Source: Terriglobia bacterium
Lineage (GTDB): Bacteria > Acidobacteriota > Terriglobia > Bryobacterales > Bryobacteraceae
Length of the DNA: 64,000 nt
Assembly: GCA_963766615.1 (NCBI GenBank)
Contig: CAVYBC010000002.1
Coordinates: 45,308 to 109,307, forward strand
Direction: 5' to 3'
A model generated the notes under the pieces. It was not told where the DNA came from. It saw only the letters and a program-made list of their open reading frames with translations, and made no database searches. Positions 18,811 to 28,190 of this stretch are shown piece after piece. The position numbers and the translations under genes were made by a program. The first letter of the stretch is position 1, and each line of letters starts with the position of its first letter.

Positions 18811-20160
18811 ATGACGTTTATTACTAAGAAACATCTTTCCAGACGCACGGTGCTGCGCGGCTTGGGCGTATCGCTATCACTTCCGCTTCTTGACTCGATG
18901 CTGCCCGCGCAGACGCCATTGGGGAAGACTGCCGCGAAGCCCAAAGTGCGGTTGGCGTTGTGCTACATCCCACATGGCGGGGTCATGGCGAATTGGACCC
19001 CGGCGGCCCAGGGCGACAAGTTTGAGGTGTCGCGTATTCTCATGCCGCTTGCACCCTATCGCGACAACGTGGTGGTGGTGAGCAACCTCGCTCACGCGAT
19101 GGCTGCGCCGGGTGGGCCGGGCGATAATGGCGGCGATCATACGCGCTCGCCTGCGGTCTTTCTGAATGGCGTGCATCCGAAACGCACGGACGGAGCGGAT
19201 ATTCGAGCCGGGGTCACGATCGACCAGATCGCGGCGGCGCAGCTTGGCCAGGAGACACCGATCCCGTCGATGGAGCTTGCCATCGAGGATTTCAGCGGTC
19301 TGGTGGGTTCTTGCGACGTTGGATTCAGTTGCGCCTACATGAATACGATTTCCTGGCGCACGCCGACCACGCCGCTTCCCATGGAGATCAATCCTCGCGC
19401 CGTATTTCATCGCATGTTCGGCGACGGAGCCACGGCGGAGGAACGTCAGGAGCGCATCGCGCAGCAGCGCAGCATTCTGGACGCGGTGACGGGGCAGACT
19501 CGCAAACTGGAAAACGAGCTTGGCGCAGCGGACCGGTCACGGGTCGCCGAATATCTCGACTCGGTGCGCGAGGTGGAGCGTCGAATCGAGCTTTCGGAAA
19601 AACAAACTCAGGGTACGGCCGAGGTGCCGGAGTCTCCCGTCGGCATTCCGGACGCACACGACGTGCACACCAAGCTGATGTTCGACCTGATGACCATCGC
19701 GTTTCAGACCGACCTGACTCGCATCGCGACCTTCATGATGGCGCGCGAGGTGAGTTACCGCACGTTCCCGATGCTGGGAATCGCCGAGGGCTTCCATCCG
19801 GCATCGCACCACCAGAACAACGCGGACCGGCTAGAGAATCTCACAAAGATCAATACCTATCACGTCAGCCTGGCGGCGCATTTCCTGGAACGGCTGAAGG
19901 CAACGCAAGACGGCGACGGCACGCTGCTGGATCATTCGCTGATTCTCTACGGGTCGGGAATGAGTAACAGCAACATCCACAATCATTCGCCGCTGCCTGT
20001 GTTTGTCGCGGGCGGCGCGGCAGGCCGGTTGAAGGGTGGCCGCCATCTGCTGTATCCCGAAAATACGCCGATGTCGAACCTGCTGCTTTCGATCCTGCAA
20101 AAATCGGGAGTTGCTATCGATAGTGTTGGTGATTCAACTGGGCCGTTGACGGAGCTTTAA
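18811..20160 (+). CDS. DUF1552-family protein with twin-arginine signal (copy 2)
   Basis: Starts MTFITKKHLSRRTVLRGLGVSLSLPLLDSM, has a GGAGA RBS, and is collinear with copy 1. Confidence 0.8.
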   Translation: MTFITKKHLSRRTVLRGLGVSLSLPLLDSMLPAQTPLGKTAAKPKVRLALCYIPHGGVMANWTPAAQGDKFEVSRILMPLAPYRDNVVVVSNLAHAMAAPGGPGDNGGDHTRSPAVFLNGVHPKRTDGADIRAGVTIDQIAAAQLGQETPIPSMELAIEDFSGLVGSCDVGFSCAYMNTISWRTPTTPLPMEINPRAVFHRMFGDGATAEERQERIAQQRSILDAVTGQTRKLENELGAADRSRVAEYLDSVREVERRIELSEKQTQGTAEVPESPVGIPDAHDVHTKLMFDLMTIAFQTDLTRIATFMMAREVSYRTFPMLGIAEGFHPASHHQNNADRLENLTKINTYHVSLAAHFLERLKATQDGDGTLLDHSLILYGSGMSNSNIHNHSPLPVFVAGGAAGRLKGGRHLLYPENTPMSNLLLSILQKSGVAIDSVGDSTGPLTEL

Positions 20161-20161
20161 A

Positions 20162-21689
20162 ATGCGAAATCGAATCTTCATTCTGCTCGCGGGCGCTTTG
20201 ACGCTGGCGGCGCAAGTTCCCAGCGGATCGGCGCAGGTTGCCGACGCGGCTCAAATTCGCGATACCGACAGCTTGCGGCGGCTATTGGCCCAGCACGCCA
20301 ACCCGAGTGTCGCGCAGCCGGATGGAACTACGGCGCTGCATTGGGCGGCGCACTGGAATGATGTCGGACTCGGTGAAACTTCTCTTGAAGGCTGGGGCGG
20401 ATGTGAAAGCGGTGAACCGGTTTGGCGCGAGTCCTCTGTCTGAGGCTGCCGGAGGCGGGAATGCAGAAATCGTCAACGCATTGCTGGCGGCGGGAGCCGA
20501 TGCGCGCACGCTGACGACCAAAGACGGCGAAACTGTCCTCATGACAGCGGCTCGCGGCGGCTATCTGGACGTGGTTAAAGCGCTGGCTGCGCATGGCGCC
20601 GATGTCAACGCGCAGGAGCATTACAAATCGCAGACCGCTTTAATGTGGGCCGCGGCCGATGGCCATGCCGACGTGGTCAAGTTCCTGCTGGATCACGGCG
20701 CGGACTGGAAGGTGCAATCCTCCTCGCGCGAAAGCAAAATACCCAAGCTGAGCGCTGCTTCGTCGGTCACGCCGATGTCGCGCGGCGGCCTTACGGCTCT
20801 GCATTTTTCGGCTCGTGAAGGCGACGTCAAGTCGGCCGGATATATGTTGGATGCGGGAGCGGACATCAATATCGGAGATGGGGATGGAACCAGTCCTTTG
20901 ACGGTTGCGATTCTGAACAAGCACTACACGTTCGCGAAGTTTATGCTGGATCGCGGCGCCAACCCGAATGTCGCTGACGTTCGCGGAGAGGAGTCGCTTT
21001 ACGCGACTCTCGATATGCGTAACGAAGATTATTCGGCGCTGCCTTTGCGTAAGGGGGATGATCCGGTATCCACTACGGAGATGCTCCGGGCGCTGCTGAA
21101 GCATGGTGCGGACCCGAACGCGGCGCTGACAAAGAACCTGCCGGGGAAAAGCGGTATGGATGCGGGCGATACGAGCCTGGACAAAGGGACGACTCCTCTG
21201 ATGCGGGCTGCCCGCGCAGGCGACGTCCCTGCAATGGAATTACTGCTGGCGGCGGGTGCCGATCCCAAGAAAATTACTGCCGAAGGAAATGACATCCTGT
21301 TGTTTGCAGCCGGCGTCGGCTATCGGGACAAGAGCACCTATGGCGATGAAGCAGCCGCGCTGGCGGCGGTGAAACTTGCGCTGAAGCTAGGCTTGGACCT
21401 GAATCGTACTAACAACAAGGGCGAGATCGCGCTGCACGGTGCGGCATTTCGGGGAGCCGATACCATCGTTGCCTTTCTGGCTGAGCAAGGGGCTTCCCCG
21501 AATGCCAAAAACAAACAGGGGATGACGATTCTGGATTACGCCATGGGCAAGGCGGTGCTGTTCCAGTTGCCAGTGCCGCATGACAGCACGGTAGAACTGG
21601 TTCGCAAGCTTGGGGGAGTGGAAGGGAAAGCCCCGAGCGCCCCGGTCACCGCTGTCAGCAATAAGGGCGTCGTCAGAGACGATCATTAA
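20162..21689 (+). pseudogene. exported ankyrin-repeat protein (copy 2), reading frame broken near 20366
   Basis: ORF 20162-20443 carries the signal peptide and first ANK repeat. It continues in ORF 20238-21689 at ...ALHWAAHWNDV | DSVKLLLKAGADV. GTCGGAC is found where GTCGAC would keep the frame. Confidence 0.75.
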
Positions 21690-21767
21690 TTTCGGGTTAC
21701 GAACACAATTCCCTATCAAGCGGGCTGATTTTCACTATCACCCCCAGCCAATCGACTAAAGCGAATT

Positions 21768-22670
21768 TTGCGGGTATTCTGTTGCCCTAGAACAGAAATG
21801 AACGCCCACGTATTGCGCGCTCGCGCTCTGCCTAAAGTTGAGCGTGAGCAAGTCTTTTGGAAATCGGCGAAAGTTGGCTGGCTCGGGCCCGCTCATCAGC
21901 CCATGACTCTGATTACGTTCGTCAACGGGAAGAAAGGCCACGGCTTCGCCCGTTTCGCTCCGAATGGCTCGACTGAGGAACAACTACGGGCTCTTCGAGC
22001 ATATATTGAAACCATGGGATGTCCGAAGCGGATCGCGACAGCGGAAGGGTTGGGTACCATGAGTCAACTGCCGCGGGCGTTGAAGGAACTGGGAGTTTTG
22101 TGGGCTTCGCAGAACCAACCGCCGGCGGACGGAGTTTCAGCGCGACTTTTCCGTGATATTCAAGTGCGGATTGTGCCGTCGTTCCAGGAAGCCGGAATAT
22201 CGACGATCGAAAAGGCCAATCGCTTTTTGGACCAAGTCTATTTGCCTCGATGGAATTCCCGCAGAGAGCCGGCCAACTTCGAAGCCAACCAGCCAGCGCC
22301 GTCGAATGAAGATTTGGACTCAATCCTGAGCGTGGTGACTCTCCGCGTATTGAATAGCAGAAACGTACTTCGCTACAAGAATCGAACTTATGGAATGCCT
22401 CCGGGCGCGGTTCCTCGGGGACCGGGGGGATCGGTCATCCGAATTGAAGCGCGTTTGGACGGAGGCGTGCGATTCCGGCTGGCGGATCAAAATGTTCCCA
22501 TCGAATTAATAGAACGGGACGCTGCTCATCAGGCGGCTGCTCATCAGGCATTGGGGGAAGGCAAGAAAGCCAAGAAGCCGCGGAAAATCGGCGGATACAA
22601 CCGGTCGTGGATGAAAGGTTTCCTGGACCGTCCGGCGCCGCAATTGTGGAAATCTTTCGGCTCCGTTTAA
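21768..22670 (+). pseudogene. decayed, N-terminally truncated transposase relic (ISNCY-like rve-type integrase family)
   Basis: It keeps family-like blocks (ALKELGVLWASQ..., AGISTIEKANRFLDQVYLPRWNSR, and a C-terminal RLDGG segment). It lacks the N-terminal HTH and the SPQAKGR-type catalytic block, and I found no terminal repeats. Confidence 0.45.
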
Positions 22671-22774
22671 ACACATCATTTTGGATGATAGGGGGTATCA
22701 ATGAGTCGCCATCGACCAGCGAGTGTCAAGCAGATATTATCGTTGGTGCATAGTGTTAGATAGGAGAGAAGCAT

Positions 22775-23581
22775 TTGTTGAAACATTTTATAACCCCTTG
22801 TAGCGGATTAATTCTCATGGCGGCGGCAGTGTTGCCTATACAGACTTGGGCGCAGGAAGCGCCTGCAGCTCCAAAACCGGCTGCAGCAGCGGAAGGAGCG
22901 GCCCCCGCGCGAGCTCCTCGTGGTCCTCAGCCTCCCACTGGTCCTGCACCTCGCACTGCCGACGGGAAGGTGGATTTCAGCGGCAATTGGGCGCCGAATG
23001 CGATCCGGCAGAATATTAATCTGGCCTCGGTGGGCGGCGAACCGGAAATGGCGCCCTGGGCCCTGAAGGTCTATCAGGAACACAAAACCAACATTTCCAA
23101 AGACGATCCGGAAGCGCGCTGCCTTCCTCCCGGAGTGCCGCGTATGAGCACCACTCCGTACCCGTGGACGATGATTCAGACTCCGAAAATGGTCGTGATC
23201 GTCTACGAGGGCGGAGCGCATATCTGGCGGAAGATCTTTTTGGATGGCAGGCCCCACGATCCGAACGCAGTGGAAACGTGGCTGGGCGATTCCACGGGCC
23301 ATTGGGAAGACAATGACACCTTGGTGGTTGAAACAGTTGGTCAAAATGCGATCACTTGGTTGGACGAAGATGGACATCCTCACACGAACAACATGGTGGT
23401 GACAGAAAAATTCCGCCGTCCTGATATGGGCCATCTGGAAATCGAACACGAGATTAAGGATCCGGAGGCTTATCCCAAGGGTTGGAAATTCACCACTCAT
23501 CCCACCATGCTGAATGGCGAATTGATCGAGTACATCTGCCAGGAAAACAACCGCGACGTCCAGCATCTGCAAGGCAAGTAG
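22775..23581 (+). CDS. exported protein of an uncharacterised family (paralog 1 of 4 in this window)
   Basis: TTG start 8 nt after AGGAG, a signal peptide and a Pro/Ala-rich linker. Conserved blocks are DFSGNW, ARCLPPGVP, WLGDSTGHWEDNTLVVET and EYICQEN. Confidence 0.7.
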   Translation: MLKHFITPCSGLILMAAAVLPIQTWAQEAPAAPKPAAAAEGAAPARAPRGPQPPTGPAPRTADGKVDFSGNWAPNAIRQNINLASVGGEPEMAPWALKVYQEHKTNISKDDPEARCLPPGVPRMSTTPYPWTMIQTPKMVVIVYEGGAHIWRKIFLDGRPHDPNAVETWLGDSTGHWEDNDTLVVETVGQNAITWLDEDGHPHTNNMVVTEKFRRPDMGHLEIEHEIKDPEAYPKGWKFTTHPTMLNGELIEYICQENNRDVQHLQGK

Positions 23582-23585
23582 TCTC

Positions 23586-24002
23586 ATGAAAGTGAAGTTG
23601 ATGATCGCTGTGGCGGCGGGGTTACTCTGTGCGGGCATCCCGCTGGCCGCTCATCATTCGTTTGCGGCGGAGTACGACGGCACCAAACCCATCACCTTGA
23701 AAGGCAAGGTGAACAGGATGGAGTGGGTAAATCCTCATTCGTGGGTTTATGTCGACGTGACGGATGCGAGCGGCAAAGTGACCACCTGGGCCTGTGAAAC
23801 CGCGCCGCCGAATGGCCTTTACCGGCAAGGCTGGCGAAAAGACAGCTTAAAGGCTGGGGATGAAGTGACCATTGAAGGATTCCTCGCCAAGGACGGAACG
23901 CCAACCATGAATGCGCGATCGGTCACCATGGCGGATGGTCGCAGAATGTTTGCGGGCAGTTCAGGCGACGGCGGGCCCGAGGCGAAATCCAATTCCAAGT
24001 AG
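23586..24002 (+). CDS. small exported DUF6152-like protein, predicted mature N-terminus HHSF (copy 1)
   Basis: 138 aa. The signal peptide ends PLAA and is followed by HHSFAAEYD. It contains the conserved motif MEWVNPHSW. The ATG lies 5 nt after the upstream stop. Confidence 0.75.
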   Translation: MKVKLMIAVAAGLLCAGIPLAAHHSFAAEYDGTKPITLKGKVNRMEWVNPHSWVYVDVTDASGKVTTWACETAPPNGLYRQGWRKDSLKAGDEVTIEGFLAKDGTPTMNARSVTMADGRRMFAGSSGDGGPEAKSNSK

Positions 24003-24028
24003 CACAACCGGCGGTCTGGCCGGTCTCA

Positions 24029-24070
24029 CATCCCGCCCACTCCTGACGGAGTCCGGCGGGATTTCTTCTA
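24029..24070 (+). terminator. rho-independent terminator
   Basis: Hairpin ATCCCGCC-ACTCC-TGAC-GGAGT-CC-GGCGGGAT followed by TTCTTCT. Confidence 0.6.
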
Positions 24071-24071
24071 T

Positions 24072-24422
24072 ATGATGATTTCGATTAAGAATCTACGCGT
24101 CGCCACAGTGCTTGGCGTCTACGAGGAAGAACGCCACGCCGAACGCGATATTGTCATCAACGTGCGAATCGAATATGACGATCGGGCGGCGCGGCTTAGC
24201 GATTCGCTGGCGGATGCGCTGGACTATAAGGAGATTCGCGACAAGATCGTGAAGATTGTCGGCGCGGCGAAGTTCCGGTTGCTGGAGACGCTTGCGGATC
24301 GGATCGTCCAGGAACTGATTTGCGACGCGCGGATTCTCAAGCTGGAGTTGGAGATCGACAAGCCGCGTGCGATGCGGCTGACGGACTCGGTTTCGGCTAT
24401 TGTGCACTGGCAGCGGGAGTGA
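24072..24422 (+). CDS. folB: dihydroneopterin aldolase family protein
   Basis: 116 aa. IKNLRVATVLGVYEEERHAERDIVINV...LDYKEI matches the FolB tunnelling-fold pattern. Confidence 0.7.
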   Translation: MMISIKNLRVATVLGVYEEERHAERDIVINVRIEYDDRAARLSDSLADALDYKEIRDKIVKIVGAAKFRLLETLADRIVQELICDARILKLELEIDKPRAMRLTDSVSAIVHWQRE

Positions 24423-24460
24423 GCCGGGAGTGAAATACTGTATAGGGTAAAGGAGCATCC

Positions 24461-26071
24461 ATGTCACTAACGCGGACCGGGCTACGTACGCAGACGTTTC
24501 TGAATTTCGCGTTCTAATAACTGCCGGAGCCGCTGGCGCGCACGCGCAGGCCTTCGCCGATGTCAAGGGAGCGCTGGTCGATTACACCCAGGCGGACCTG
24601 ATGCCTCGCAAGTCTTGCGGAGAGCTGGTCAGTTTAAGTTGAAGGAGATTGTCGCAGATCCAGGCGTCGATGCTGCCGGCTGAAGGAACCAGGCCCGCAC
24701 ACTGCAGCGTGACCGGGATGCTTTCGCCTGAAATCGCATTCGAGGTGAACTTGCCCACGGCTTGGAACGGTCGCTTTTACATGATCGGCAACGGTGGCCA
24801 CGCGGGCGAGGCACTTGACGATGCTGGACGAGTGGCGCAGCGCAATGAGGCGGTGAGGTTGGGCTTCGCGTTCGCGCAGACCAATACCGGCCATGACTCG
24901 AAGAAGGAACCGGGCGCGACGTTCGTGCTTAGCAACCCGCAGAAGGCGATCGACTACGCTTATCGGGCGGTCCACCTAACGGCTACCACGGCTAAGGAAC
25001 TCACCAAGGATTATTACGGGAAGGCGGTTTCCAAAGCCTATTGGAACTCCTGCTCCAATGGCGGACGGCAGGGATTGATCGAGGCTCAGCGCTTTGCCGA
25101 GGACTTCGACGGGATCGTCGCCAATGCGCCCTGGGTTGACCAGACCGGTTTTACGATCGCCTCGTTGTGGAATCAGAAAGCGTTATCCGAAGCTCCGGTC
25201 ACGCCGGCCAAACTCGCGCTGGTGGGGGAGAAGGTGATGGCTAAGTGCGACGCGGTTGACGGTTTGAAAGACGGCTTGATCGATGACCCGCGAAAATGTG
25301 ATTTCGACCCCAGACGCGACGTGACCAAATGCGCCGAAGGAACCGATGGGGCCGATTGTTTAACCCCCAAGCAAGCCGAGGCGATCGAGAAGGTCTATAG
25401 CGGTCCTATGAGCAACGGCAAGCCATTCTTCCCTGGCTACATGGTGGGAAGCGAAGGCGTAGTGCCGGGACGCGGCGGCGCGGCGGCGAGCGGATGGCTG
25501 AACTTGATCGTCGCTGTAACGGCGGACGGCAAGCCTGCAGACTTCAACCTAGCCGAGAACACGATGAAATATCTGGTGCCGACGCCGCCCAAGCCGGACT
25601 ACGATTACAAGACCTTCGATTTCGATCGCGATACTCATCTGCTGGACGCGTGGAGCAAGCAGGTGGATGCGAAGAACCCGGACCTTTCGAAATTCAGGAA
25701 GCATGGCGGCAAGCTCATCATGACTTACGGATGGGCGGACTCGATTCTGGAGCCGATGATGGGCGTCAATTACTACGAAGCAAGCCATGGCGAAAAACGG
25801 AACTGACGTCACGCCTCAGTTCTTCCGGCTTTTCATGGTGCCGGGTATGGCGCATTGCGGCGGCGGAATCGGGCCGGATCGTAATGACGCCGTTTCGGCG
25901 GTGATCGACTGGGTGGAGAAGGGAAAGGCTCCGGAGTCGATTACGGCCAGCCGAGTGGTGGGCGGGAAGGTCGTGCGGACGCGGCCGCTATGCCCGTATC
26001 CGCAGGTGGCTCGCTATAACGGGCAGGGCAGTATTGACGACGCGGGTAATTTCCGTTGCGTCGCGCCATAA
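24461..26071 (+). pseudogene. tannase/feruloyl-esterase-family hydrolase with three lesions
   Basis: A strong RBS (AAGGAG) precedes the ATG at 24461 and a signal peptide. A frameshift lies at about 24510, an in-frame TGA at 24640-24642, and a frameshift at about 25785. The family motifs HCSVTG...LPTAWNGRFYMIGNGG and RLFMVPGMAHCGGG are present. Confidence 0.75.
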
Positions 26072-26118
26072 CTCCGAATTCGAATTTAGAAGTAGAATTT
26101 GAATATGGAGTCGGCCGA

Positions 26119-26880
26119 ATGAGGCATCGACTTAGTTACTCAATCCTCTTTACGCTGATCGCCGGCGTGGCTATCGCACAGGACTCAGCACAGCTCTCCA
26201 CAAAGAGGGAAGTGATGCTCGGCGACCAAATGGCGGCGACGATCCGTACCCAGCAGCCAATGGTCACAGACCCGGAAGTGACCGCGTTTGTCGATCGGGT
26301 TCTCGGGGCGCTTTCCCGTAATGAGCGACTGAGGCTGCCGATCAATATCAGTCTGATCGACAACTCAGATTTGATCGCATCGGCACTCCCTGGTGGACAT
26401 TTGGTGCTCAGCTCGGGAGCGATTCTACGAGCGGACTCCGAGGCCGAAGTGGCGGGCTTGCTGGCGCATGCATTAGGTCATGCCCAATCCGGACAATTCT
26501 ATAATTCGGGTAAAACACCCCAATTGGGAACAATTCCCCTTGTGTTCGTTGGCGACCAGTGGGGAGTATGCAGGAGGACATCGCTCCAAACGATCCTCAT
26601 GCCCGTCGCCATGCGGGAGCAGTCGGGGCTCTTCGAGACCCAGGCCGACATGCTCGGGCTGGGATACATGACTAACGCCGGCTACGATCCACAGGCTCTG
26701 GCTGGCGTTTTCGATCACTGGACGGGGAAAATCCCGCTCAGCGACGATACCAAAACGAAAGCTTTAGAGTTGAGAAATGCTGCCGTGAACCCGATCGAAA
26801 ACTCTTCGGATTTCGATGCGATCAAGGCTCGTCTTACGCCGCCCAGAGTGGCCGCGAGACGTCCCACCTTAATCAAATAG
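26119..26880 (+). CDS. M48-like exported protein with a degenerate zinc motif (HALGH instead of HExxH)
   Basis: Signal peptide plus M48 blocks (ASALPGGHLVLSSGAIL, AEVAGLLAHALGHAQ, ETQADMLGLGYMTNAGYDP). The catalytic Glu position is Ala. Confidence 0.65.
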   Translation: MRHRLSYSILFTLIAGVAIAQDSAQLSTKREVMLGDQMAATIRTQQPMVTDPEVTAFVDRVLGALSRNERLRLPINISLIDNSDLIASALPGGHLVLSSGAILRADSEAEVAGLLAHALGHAQSGQFYNSGKTPQLGTIPLVFVGDQWGVCRRTSLQTILMPVAMREQSGLFETQADMLGLGYMTNAGYDPQALAGVFDHWTGKIPLSDDTKTKALELRNAAVNPIENSSDFDAIKARLTPPRVAARRPTLIK

Positions 26881-26882
26881 TT

Positions 26883-27737
26883 TTATTTGCCCTTGGCGTC
26901 GGCCTGGGCTTTTTGCTTAGCTACCGCAGCCTCGAAGGTCTTTTCGTATTCGGCGACGTGAGCCTTATAGCCTTCGGGGTCGATAAACGGATTCGGGTCT
27001 CCGTCCTTGCGCGCTTTCAGCTTGTCGTACTTCGCCTGCAGGCCATAGAACGAAGCATGCGAGCTGACCCACACTTCGACCGGGAACGTAAGGGCTTTTT
27101 TATATGTCTCCCTCATGTCCGCTTCGATGGTCGGATAGTCCTTGTTGTTCAGATACTGCAGGAACTGGCCGTTCAGGCTGCACTCAACAAACACGTTGTA
27201 CGTCTTGCCGTTTTCTTTCAGCTGAGTGGTCCAGGCGAGGCATCCCTTGGTGTGGCCGGGCATCACGTGGGCTGTCAGCGTGGTTCCGCCCAGGCTGACC
27301 GTGTCGCCATCGTCGATCACTCGATCGACAGGGTGAACCTTGCCGCCCGGTTGAAATTTCTTGGTGTCTTCCAGGTCCATGCGGCCGACCACTACCTGGG
27401 CTCCGGTCAATTCCTTGACCGCTGCGTCTCCTTCGACGTGGTCGGGGTGCGCGTGGCCGGCGATCAGGATTTTGATGTCGCTAAACTTGAAACCCAGATC
27501 CTCGACGCTCTTCTTGATGATCGGCACCGATGATTCGTAATTGCTGTTCATCAGGATGTTGCCCTGCGGCGTGACGATCAGGAAAGAGGCGAGCTCCTTG
27601 GTCCCCACGTAATACATGTTGTCCATGATCTTGTGGGGCGGAAACGGATCGTTCCATCCGTTCGGAACCCTGGATTGAGAAAACGCCGCGCTCGAAGACA
27701 GTGAGAGCGCGAGGAGCGACAAAGTCAGTCGGCGCAT
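26883..27737 (-). CDS. subclass B3 metallo-beta-lactamase-fold hydrolase
   Basis: Signal peptide, the HAHPDH motif, and downstream PGHTKG and SSHAS histidines in B3-like spacing. Confidence 0.8.
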   Translation of the reverse strand: MRRLTLSLLALSLSSSAAFSQSRVPNGWNDPFPPHKIMDNMYYVGTKELASFLIVTPQGNILMNSNYESSVPIIKKSVEDLGFKFSDIKILIAGHAHPDHVEGDAAVKELTGAQVVVGRMDLEDTKKFQPGGKVHPVDRVIDDGDTVSLGGTTLTAHVMPGHTKGCLAWTTQLKENGKTYNVFVECSLNGQFLQYLNNKDYPTIEADMRETYKKALTFPVEVWVSSHASFYGLQAKYDKLKARKDGDPNPFIDPEGYKAHVAEYEKTFEAAVAKQKAQADAKGK

Positions 27738-27743
27738 GCTTGC

Positions 27744-28175
27744 TTACTCTTTTGGCGGTTCTTTGCTGCCGACGTCTTTGGCGCCGGTATAGCTGCTGCC
27801 GGTGTCGAGCTTGCGGCCGTCGGGGAATTCGATGCTACGCGAATTGGCCCGCAGCGCGCCGTCCTTGGAGGGGAATCCATTGACGATAATCTTGGTGCCT
27901 GCGGGAAGCGAATTCCTATTCCAGCCAGCCCTTAACAGGACTCCCGGCGCTCCGCCCTCTACCATCCAATGGTCCACTGTGCCGTCTGGTTTCGTGACGT
28001 CCAGATAGAGCCAGGTGTGAGGGTTGGTCCATTCCATCTTCACCACCTTGCCCTCCAGCTTGATCGGCTTGGTGGAATCGAACTCCGCGGAAAAGGAATG
28101 ATGGGCCAACGCGGGAGAGACCGCGGCCACCAGCAGGCCTGTGGTCGCCAGAATCGTCACCAGTTTATTGTTCAT
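27744..28175 (-). CDS. small exported DUF6152-like protein, predicted mature N-terminus HHSF (copy 2)
   Basis: 143 aa. The signal peptide ends PALA and is followed by HHSFSAEFD. It contains MEWTNPHTW and is collinear with copy 1. Confidence 0.75.
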   Translation of the reverse strand: MNNKLVTILATTGLLVAAVSPALAHHSFSAEFDSTKPIKLEGKVVKMEWTNPHTWLYLDVTKPDGTVDHWMVEGGAPGVLLRAGWNRNSLPAGTKIIVNGFPSKDGALRANSRSIEFPDGRKLDTGSSYTGAKDVGSKEPPKE

Positions 28176-28190
28176 AATCCTACTCCTAGT

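Noticed and set aside
24640-24642. TGA in the tannase-like gene as selenocysteine or another recoding event
   Set aside because: I see no SECIS-like hairpin immediately downstream. The same gene has two additional frameshifts, and the position is not a Cys in the family pattern as far as I can tell.
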